From contig CAWGAA010000001.1 in assembly GCA_963820525.1 (NCBI GenBank), positions 2,464,001 to 2,528,000 of the forward strand: a stretch of DNA of 64,000 bases, in the 5' to 3' direction. Origin of the DNA: an uncultured Spirochaetota bacterium (GTDB lineage: Bacteria > Spirochaetota > Spirochaetia > SZUA-6 > Fen-1364). Of this stretch, positions 57,484 to 64,000 are shown one piece after another (the first letter of the stretch is position 1; each line of letters opens with the position of its first letter). The position numbers were made by a program, and so were the translations under genes. A model generated the notes under the pieces. That model was not told the DNA's origin and did no database searches. It saw nothing but the letters and a program-made list of their open reading frames with translations.

Positions 57484-58605
57484 ATGAGCCGGTTTGAATG
57501 CGGTGCCGTCGAGCTGTCCCCGCGCGATGCGGGATACGACGAGGCGAAGATCCGTCGCCTCGAGGAGCATTACGCCAGGCGGATCGAATCGGGGAAGCTC
57601 CAGGCAGCCGGCTTTCTCATGGCGCGGGAGGGGAAGATCTTCGCCCACAAGGCAATGGGCAGGCTTACCTACAAGAAGGACTCGCCTCCCTTCAGGACGG
57701 ATTCCATTAAAACGATAGCCTCGATATCAAAGATCATCACGGCCACGGCCGTGATGAAGCTGGTGGAGGACGGGATGCTCTGGCTGGAGCAATCCGTGAA
57801 GGACTTCATCCGCGAGTTCGACACCCCGATGCATGGGGCAATCACGCTGTGGCACCTGCTGACCCATACCTCCGGCCTTGCGGGGGATGCCGGCTACTAC
57901 ATGGAGCCCTACCCCATCGAGCGGCACGACCTTCTGAGCTGCAAGGACTGGCTTACCAAGGCGGTTTTGCCGGGGCCCGTCCAGGCCCGCCCGGGGGAGA
58001 AGTGGATTTACTGCAGCGCCGGCTTCGCCGTCCTGGCTGAGATTGTGAGCCGTGTATCCGGCATGCACTTCAACGATTTCGTGGAGAAGAAGATCTTCCG
58101 GCCCATCGGGATGACCCGTTCCTTCCTGGAGGTCCCGGAGGATCTCCTGCCGGAAACCTGCCTGATGTGGGACGGTGAAGAGGGGTTCATCCGCGGCCAT
58201 GCAAAGAGAGAGGGCGCTCCCCTTGGCGGGGGCGGCGTGCATTCGACCCTCCAGGACCTGTTCCGTTTCGGGCAGTGTTTCCTGAACGGGGGAGAGCTTG
58301 ACGGAGGGAGAATTCTTGGGAAAAAAACCGTCCAGGAAATGACCAGGAACCAGCTCTCGGGGGTTCCCGCCTACCACTGGGGCAAAAACTTGAAGGAGTT
58401 CAGGCAGGGCCTGGGCTGGGGCTTCTTCTGCGACGGCTCCACCGTCGGCCCCTCCACGTACAGCCACGAGGGGTGGGGATGGTGCGCCCTGTTCGTCGAT
58501 CCGGTCGAAAGGTTCATCTTCGTGTCCACCGTGGCGGACCCCAACCCCTGGAACCCCGAGCACGTCGTCGAGCCGCGAGCCATCGCATTCTCGGGAATCC
58601 TGTGA
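57484..58605 (+). CDS. Serine hydrolase, beta-lactamase class C-like
   Basis: IASISK (SxxK), LLTHTSG, PGEKWIYCS, HEGWG. Confidence 0.88.
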   Translation: MSRFECGAVELSPRDAGYDEAKIRRLEEHYARRIESGKLQAAGFLMAREGKIFAHKAMGRLTYKKDSPPFRTDSIKTIASISKIITATAVMKLVEDGMLWLEQSVKDFIREFDTPMHGAITLWHLLTHTSGLAGDAGYYMEPYPIERHDLLSCKDWLTKAVLPGPVQARPGEKWIYCSAGFAVLAEIVSRVSGMHFNDFVEKKIFRPIGMTRSFLEVPEDLLPETCLMWDGEEGFIRGHAKREGAPLGGGGVHSTLQDLFRFGQCFLNGGELDGGRILGKKTVQEMTRNQLSGVPAYHWGKNLKEFRQGLGWGFFCDGSTVGPSTYSHEGWGWCALFVDPVERFIFVSTVADPNPWNPEHVVEPRAIAFSGIL

Positions 58606-59420
58606 CCCTGATCCTCGCAAAGATACGGACCCTGAAGGCGGTCGCGTTTGTCACGTACAAGGAGTGGGCCGCCTACAGGTCCCACATGCTTCTCTCGCTT
58701 CTGATCGGGCCGGCATTCTTCCTCTGCCAGCTCTTCATCTGGAAAGCCGTGTACGCGGGAAAAGAGACCCTCGGTGGTTTGAGCCTTCAGGGGATGCTGT
58801 ACTACTACGGCGCCGCCTCCGTCATTTACTACCTCACCATGGACTTCGCTGACTGGAACCTGCAGATGCTGATAAGAACGGGGAGGTTCCTCACCTTCGC
58901 CCTGCGGCCCATCTCGCACATCTCCTTCGCCCTTGCACAGAAGGTGGGCCACAGGGCGCTGGGCTTCCTCTTCGAGTTCATTCCGGTCTGGCTCATCTTC
59001 GCCCTGGTCTTCCGCATCCCCCTTGTCCCGGCCCGGCCGCTTTTAGCCGCAGCCTCGATCGCCCTCGGCTTTCTCATGATGTTCCTGGTGAACTACAGCG
59101 TCGGCATCCTTTCCTTCTGGCTGGTTCGAACCGACGGAATCCGTGCGCTCTTCAGGCTGGCGCGTGACTTTCTGGCCGGCACCTTCATCCCCCTGTCCTT
59201 TTTTCCCGGTGTCGTGCAGAAGGTCATGTTCTTTCTACCATTTCAGTTCCTCACCTATGTGCCCGTGCGCGTGTTCATCGGGCGCTACGAGCTTGCGGGA
59301 ATTTCCCTCCAGCTTCCCCAGATCGTCGGGATTCAGGCCCTCGCCGTCCTTGTCATGTGGGCGGTTTCCACGATGCTTTTCAGGCTGGGGATAAGGCGGT
59401 ACACGGGGGTCGGGGCATGA
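58602..59420 (+). CDS. ABC-2 family permease (DUF990-like)
   Basis: WAAYR, IRTGRFLTFALRP, LAGTFIPLSFFP, LPFQ; GTGA overlap. Confidence 0.8.
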   Translation: MTLILAKIRTLKAVAFVTYKEWAAYRSHMLLSLLIGPAFFLCQLFIWKAVYAGKETLGGLSLQGMLYYYGAASVIYYLTMDFADWNLQMLIRTGRFLTFALRPISHISFALAQKVGHRALGFLFEFIPVWLIFALVFRIPLVPARPLLAAASIALGFLMMFLVNYSVGILSFWLVRTDGIRALFRLARDFLAGTFIPLSFFPGVVQKVMFFLPFQFLTYVPVRVFIGRYELAGISLQLPQIVGIQALAVLVMWAVSTMLFRLGIRRYTGVGA

Positions 59421-60208
59421 GCCTGCTCGGGTCCTTCGCGCGGCTTTCCGGCAGGGCCGTCAAGGTCTCATTCGCCGCCCGTGCGGCATATCGGGGAGAT
59501 TTCGCAGTGAGCCTCCTCGTGACCCTGCTCCTCGAGGCGGTCACGCCCCTGGTGACCGTCCTCATCTATGGAACCGGCTCCTCGTTTCCGGGCTGGTCGA
59601 TGGGCGAGGTGCTTCTCATCCAGTCGATTTTCCTGATGGCCCGCGGGGTGGCTTTCCCCTGCTTCTTTTCCATCGTATGGACCGTTTTCGAGCAGGTGCG
59701 CGAAGGGACTTTCGAGCTCACCCTGCTCAAGCCGCGCTCTCCCCTGCTGGTGACTCTCGCGGCGAGCTTCGACGTGCAGGGAATCTGCCGGTTTTTGGGC
59801 GGCATATCCCTGTTCATCTTCGCCCTGCAGAGCGTCCCGGCGCCGGGGCTCTCCCAGATTCTTCTCTTCACGGCCCTCTTTCTTCTTTCCATCCTGGTCC
59901 TCTTCGGCTTCGCACTCATCCTGGCCGCAAGCCTCTTTGTCTGGGTGGGAAACTCCCGGGTGCTCGAGGTGATGGAATCGATTCTGATATTCGCCGAGTA
60001 TCCGTCCTCCATCTACGGCCGGACCTTTCAGCTCGTTCTGGCCGTGATAGTACCGGCCGCGATGATTGCCTTCCTTCCCGCCCAGGCCCTCCTGGGAAGA
60101 CCCGAGCCCATAACCGTCGTCTCGGCGCCGGCATGCGTGGCCTTCTTCCTGGCAGGCCTCTTCTTCTGGAGGGCCATGCTGAAGAGATACTCCGGCGGGG
60201 GTGGTTGA
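59417..60208 (+). CDS. ABC-2 family permease (DUF990-like)
   Basis: AAYRGDF, PGWS, VREGTFELTLLKP, YPSSIY, RYSGGG end. Confidence 0.8.
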   Translation: MSLLGSFARLSGRAVKVSFAARAAYRGDFAVSLLVTLLLEAVTPLVTVLIYGTGSSFPGWSMGEVLLIQSIFLMARGVAFPCFFSIVWTVFEQVREGTFELTLLKPRSPLLVTLAASFDVQGICRFLGGISLFIFALQSVPAPGLSQILLFTALFLLSILVLFGFALILAASLFVWVGNSRVLEVMESILIFAEYPSSIYGRTFQLVLAVIVPAAMIAFLPAQALLGRPEPITVVSAPACVAFFLAGLFFWRAMLKRYSGGGG

Positions 60209-61184
60209 GATGCAGATCGAGGTTCGGGGACTGAAAAAAAACTACAGGACCTATCGGCGGGGGGACTCCTTCGCCGAGGTTCTGGTAAGCATCTTTCACC
60301 GTCAGGCCATTGATGTGCAGGCCCTCAAGGGAATAGATTTCTCGATCGACACGGGAGAGCTCGTGGGTTTTTTGGGCCCCAACGGAGCGGGAAAGTCCAC
60401 CACGCTGAAGATCCTCACGGGGGTGCTCTTCCCCAGCGCCGGGGAGGCGAGCGTCATGGGCTTCATTCCGTGGAAGCAGAGAAAAAGGTACGTCGCGAAC
60501 ATCGGGGCCGTCTTCGGCCAAAAGTCGCAGCTGGTGTGGGATATCCCGCCCATCGATTCATTTGCCATGAACCAGGCCATCTATGGCATTCGCGATCGGG
60601 AATACCGGCAGTCTCTCGGCCGGCTCACCGAGCTTCTGGGAGTCCAGGATGTCATGCGCCAGCCGACGCGGAACCTCTCATTGGGCGAGCGGATGAAGTG
60701 CGAGTTCATCATGGCCATGCTCCACCGCCCCCGGATCGTCTTCCTGGACGAGCCGACCATTGGGTTGGACGTCATCGCCAAGGAGGCCATCCACGGCTTC
60801 ATCAAGGAGATGAACCGGGACGGGGTCACCTTCATCCTCACGACCCACGATCTTGACGACGTGGAACGCCTGGCGCGGCGCGTGATCGTCATCAACAGCG
60901 GTGAGATCGTCTTCGACGACTCGCTGGAAAAGCTTCGACGCTATTTCGGTGACAGGAAAAAGGTGCATCTGGTGACGGAGAGGAGCCTCGACGGGCTTTC
61001 GCTTCCGGGGCTCTCCCTCATCGAGCGCAGGACGGAAACGGACGCCGACTTCGAGCTTGATCTCTCGTGCCTGGTCCTGGAAAACTTCATCTCCCGGGCA
61101 AGCTCGAGCTATGGCATCCGCGACATGTCCATCGAGGAGATCCCCATCGAGCGGGTCATCAAGGAGCTGTATCGCCGCGATTGA
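60201..61184 (+). CDS. ABC transporter ATP-binding protein
   Basis: GPNGAGKST, VFGQKSQL, LSLGERMK, FLDEPTIGLD, TTHD. Confidence 0.92.
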   Translation: MVEMQIEVRGLKKNYRTYRRGDSFAEVLVSIFHRQAIDVQALKGIDFSIDTGELVGFLGPNGAGKSTTLKILTGVLFPSAGEASVMGFIPWKQRKRYVANIGAVFGQKSQLVWDIPPIDSFAMNQAIYGIRDREYRQSLGRLTELLGVQDVMRQPTRNLSLGERMKCEFIMAMLHRPRIVFLDEPTIGLDVIAKEAIHGFIKEMNRDGVTFILTTHDLDDVERLARRVIVINSGEIVFDDSLEKLRRYFGDRKKVHLVTERSLDGLSLPGLSLIERRTETDADFELDLSCLVLENFISRASSSYGIRDMSIEEIPIERVIKELYRRD

Positions 61185-61221
61185 CCTCTGAACGGCGGTG
61201 GGGATAGCATGGGGCCCGACA

Positions 61222-62697
61222 ATGTCGAGGCGAAAGCGAATCAGCTTGCTCTGGATGTCCCTCGCGCTCTTTATCCCGATCCAAGGAGTCTCTTCCCCCA
61301 TGGGCACCAACAATTCAAAGATCGCAGAAATAAAACCCGCCCCGTTGTTCACCAATAACATGGTCCTCCAGCAAGAGAAGAAGGCCCCCGTGTGGGGCAA
61401 GGGAGAGCCGGGACTGACCGTGAAGGTCTCCTTTGCCGGACAGAAGAAGGAGGCGGCGGTGGGACCCGATGGCTCCTGGCGCTTGATTCTCGATCCGATG
61501 GAAGCTTCGGCAGAAGGGCGCGACATGGTGATCCGATACGACGCCGACCCTGGATCCGCCATTACCCTGGAAAACGTCCTGGTCGGTGAAGTTTGGCTCT
61601 GCTCGGGGCAGTCGAACATGGAGATGGGAATGTCCGCCATCGCGGACCGCGGCCGGGAGCTTCGCGACACTCGCTATCCCGAGATCCGACTCTTTCTCAT
61701 CTCCAAGAACGCCAGCCCCTTCCCCGCGGAGGAGCTTCCCTCGATCTGGCTCGAAAGCACCCGCGAGAACCTGGTGAGCGGCGGGTGGATGGGCTTTTCG
61801 GCGGTGGCCTTCACTTTCGGACGGAAGCTCTACACGGAGCTCAAAGTCTCCATCGGCCTGATCCAATCCGCTTATGGAGGGAGTGCCGCGTACCCGTGGG
61901 TTCCCCCCGAGGAGCTTGAGTCGACGCCTGTATTGGCGGCGAACGCCCGGGCGCTCAAGGCGGCGACCCTCTACAACGCAATGGTGTACCCCCTGGTTCC
62001 TTTCGCCATGAGAGGGGTGTTGTGGTACCAGGGTGAGGCCGACGTTGACAACCCAGCGGCGTACCCCGAAACGATGAAGGCCTTGATCTCAGGGTGGAGG
62101 CGGGTCTTCGAGCAGCAGGACCTTCCCTTCTACTCCGTCGAGCTTGCGCCCTGGAACTACGGAAGCGAGGGCTCTCTGCCCCGCATGTGGGAAGCCCAGG
62201 AGGAGTGCCTCTCCATCGAGAACACGGGCATGATCACGACGGTCGATGTGGGAGACCCCAGGGACATTCATCCCACCAGGAAGCGCGAGGTGGGCGAGCG
62301 GCTTGCCCTCCTGGCTCTGGCCAAGACCTATGGGAGAAGCGGAATCGAATATTCGGGGCCGGTGTATCGCTCTATGAAAAAAGAAGGCGACACCCTCGTG
62401 ATATCTTTCGACCATGCGGGGAGCGGCCTTTCATCAAGCGACGGCAGGCCCCTCTCCTGGTTCACGATCGAGGGGGCGAACGGGGAGTTCGTCCCGGCCG
62501 AGGCTGTAATCGCGGGGGATACGGTGCGAGTCAGGGCGAGGCAAGTGAAGGATCCCCGCTGCGTGCGCTTCGCATGGTCGAACACTCCGAGCCCCAACCT
62601 GGCGAACCGAGCGGGGCTGCCGGCCTGGCCCTTCAGAACGGATAGGGAGGAAGGCCGCCCATCCATTCGCTCTCTTGAGGCCTTGACACATTATTAA
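61222..62697 (+). CDS. Sialate O-acetylesterase (SASA) family secreted esterase
   Basis: Signal peptide; NMVLQQ, VGEVWLCSGQSNM, FSAVA, LYNAM, WYQGE, DIHP, PFRTD. Confidence 0.88.
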   Translation: MSRRKRISLLWMSLALFIPIQGVSSPMGTNNSKIAEIKPAPLFTNNMVLQQEKKAPVWGKGEPGLTVKVSFAGQKKEAAVGPDGSWRLILDPMEASAEGRDMVIRYDADPGSAITLENVLVGEVWLCSGQSNMEMGMSAIADRGRELRDTRYPEIRLFLISKNASPFPAEELPSIWLESTRENLVSGGWMGFSAVAFTFGRKLYTELKVSIGLIQSAYGGSAAYPWVPPEELESTPVLAANARALKAATLYNAMVYPLVPFAMRGVLWYQGEADVDNPAAYPETMKALISGWRRVFEQQDLPFYSVELAPWNYGSEGSLPRMWEAQEECLSIENTGMITTVDVGDPRDIHPTRKREVGERLALLALAKTYGRSGIEYSGPVYRSMKKEGDTLVISFDHAGSGLSSSDGRPLSWFTIEGANGEFVPAEAVIAGDTVRVRARQVKDPRCVRFAWSNTPSPNLANRAGLPAWPFRTDREEGRPSIRSLEALTHY

Positions 62698-62725
62698 TCA
62701 TAACTATAATCATTATAGTTATGAT
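62683..62725 (+). promoter_or_regulatory. Consensus sigma70 promoter overlapped by a perfect 14-bp inverted repeat (MarR operator)
   Basis: TTGACA (62683-88), N16, TATAAT (62705-10); ATCATAACTATAAT-C-ATTATAGTTATGAT at 62697-62725 covers the -10 box and the ATG. Confidence 0.8.
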
Positions 62726-63197
62726 CTTTTATGAGAGCTCCCAACGCATCTTCGAGCTTGCCGCCCTGATCTCCACCAAGACTCGCAAAGCGGTGCACGC
62801 CCGCGTGAAACGGTTCGGAATCACCGCGGACCAGTTCGCCACGCTCTTGGTGCTTGGCCGCTCGGGGGGAATCAGCCAGCGGGAGCTGGCCGTGGCGCTT
62901 GAGACCGACACGACTACCGCCATGGTGATCTGCGACGGCCTGGAGAGGCGTGGGCTCATCGACCGAACCCGCGACCCCTCGGACCGGCGGGTGAATCGGC
63001 TCTCGATGAGCGAGAAGGCGAAAAGGCTCATGACCCGGGTCACTCCCGAGGTCGAGCGTCTCGTCGCCCCCCTTCTCTCCGCGGTCTCGGCCGGAGAGCT
63101 CGAGCGCGTCATCCCCGTATTGGAGAAGCTGGCGCAGAAAGCACGGGAGCTGTCTGAAGATGCGAAGCGCGTGAAGCGCTCGAGGAGTGAAGCGTGA
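62721..63197 (+). CDS. MarR family transcriptional regulator
   Basis: GITADQFATL, SQRELA, LERRGLIDRTRDPSDRR. Confidence 0.9.
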   Translation: MIFYESSQRIFELAALISTKTRKAVHARVKRFGITADQFATLLVLGRSGGISQRELAVALETDTTTAMVICDGLERRGLIDRTRDPSDRRVNRLSMSEKAKRLMTRVTPEVERLVAPLLSAVSAGELERVIPVLEKLAQKARELSEDAKRVKRSRSEA

Positions 63198-63538
63198 GCA
63201 TTCTGTCGATTCTTCTCGTCGTTGGGGCCGGCGCGATCAACGCCGCCGGGTCTTCCCTCATGAAGTACGCCATGACGTACAGGTCAGGGGCAGGGCACAA
63301 TGGAACGGTATTCGCACTCATCATGATCGTCGCGATGGGGCTCTTCGGGGGCGGCTTTCCCCTCTACGCGATAGGACTCTCGCGGACACGGCTCTCCGTG
63401 GCCCAGCCCGTCTTCAGCGCGACTGCCTATCTTTCCGTCACTCTTGTCTCGGTGCTTCTCTTGAAGGAAGCCTTTGCTCCCATCAAGCTGGCTGGGTTGG
63501 CGGCAATAGTCATCGGAATGATCGTGGTTGCCAGTTGA
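63194..63538 (+). CDS. SMR/EamA-like small 4-TM transporter
   Basis: 114 aa, four TMs, LMK, LSVAQP, LLKE, GLAAIVIG; GTGA overlap with marR. Confidence 0.75.
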   Translation: MSILSILLVVGAGAINAAGSSLMKYAMTYRSGAGHNGTVFALIMIVAMGLFGGGFPLYAIGLSRTRLSVAQPVFSATAYLSVTLVSVLLLKEAFAPIKLAGLAAIVIGMIVVAS

Positions 63539-63559
63539 CAAATCTGGAGCTGAAGAAAT

Positions 63560-63579
63560 CGGCACGGCGTGCCGCTTTA
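63560..63579 (+). terminator. Possible terminator after marR-SMR
   Basis: CGGCAC-ggc-GTGCCG followed by CTTTA. Confidence 0.3.
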
Positions 63580-63605
63580 TTGAAAGACCCCCGCCGCGCT
63601 CGCCG

Positions 63606-64000
63606 CTACTCCAGCGCAAGGGCTTCCGACTTCGCTTCCCTCTCCTCGAGGAGCATGTCGATTTCCGTGATCTCTTCGGCAGTGAGGTCCCAATCTGCGG
63701 CACCGGCGGTCTCTTCGACCTGGTCCGGCCTTCTACCGCCGACTATCGCCGCCGTCACCTCGGGTCTCCGCAGCACCCAGGAGATCGACAGCTCCGCGGC
63801 GCTCCGCCCCCTGCGCGCCGCCACCCTTTCCAGCTTCTCCACCAGCTCCAGGTTGTAGCTGAGCGCCGGTTCCGTGAAGTAGGGGCTTCGCCTCCGCCAG
63901 TCGTCCTCGGGCAGGTCTTCGACGCTCTCCTTGGTGAACTTTCCGGCCAGGAGCCCGGCCTGCATCGGGCTGTACGAGATCACGCCGATCCCGTTCGCCA
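63606..64000 (-). CDS. Aldo/keto reductase, C-terminal part (5' end beyond window)
   Basis: GIGVISYSPMQAGLLAGK, DDWRR, AELSISWVL, AIVGGRRPDQV. Confidence 0.88.
   Translation of the reverse strand, partial: ANGIGVISYSPMQAGLLAGKFTKESVEDLPEDDWRRRSPYFTEPALSYNLELVEKLERVAARRGRSAAELSISWVLRRPEVTAAIVGGRRPDQVEETAGAADWDLTAEEITEIDMLLEEREAKSEALALE

Noticed and set aside
1..64000. CRISPR arrays, rRNA/tRNA genes, transposases, integrases, prophage genes
   Set aside because: No regularly spaced repeats, cloverleaf or rRNA signatures, or mobile-element motifs were seen; intergenic gaps are short. A covariance-model scan was not possible.

Overview
High-GC, gene-dense bacterial chromosome segment with about 50 real CDSs. 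It is probably from an anaerobic spirochaete; this is inferred from the ParE/ParC type, a Treponema-like TPAT transporter and Fhs, and is not proven. I found no rRNA, tRNA, CRISPR array, transposase, integrase or prophage gene. Housekeeping and metabolic content: parE-parC, fhs, a fused pyrF-pyrE followed by pyrD-pyrK, trpS, an AraR-controlled sugar ABC operon ending in a URO-D/MtaA-family gene, a TPAT TRAP system with two binding proteins, NfeD-SPFH, and several signalling proteins. The three most interesting items are: (1) a four-gene partner-switching operon (Slr1658/SiaB-like kinase, Slr1659/SiaC-like STAS protein, a chemoreceptor-like protein with a divergent tip, and a membrane PP2C phosphatase); (2) an RNA-repair operon with a COG0523 metallochaperone GTPase inserted between rtcB and archease, followed by a DUF62 SAM hydrolase; (3) a class III nucleotidyl cyclase with a non-canonical base-selection site and an EAD/Death-like N-terminus, behind a very AT-rich promoter with a palindrome. 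Three loci are damaged: a cysK-sseA deletion scar, an internally deleted acs and a frameshifted MCP. All functional calls come from motif recognition by eye; no database searches were run.
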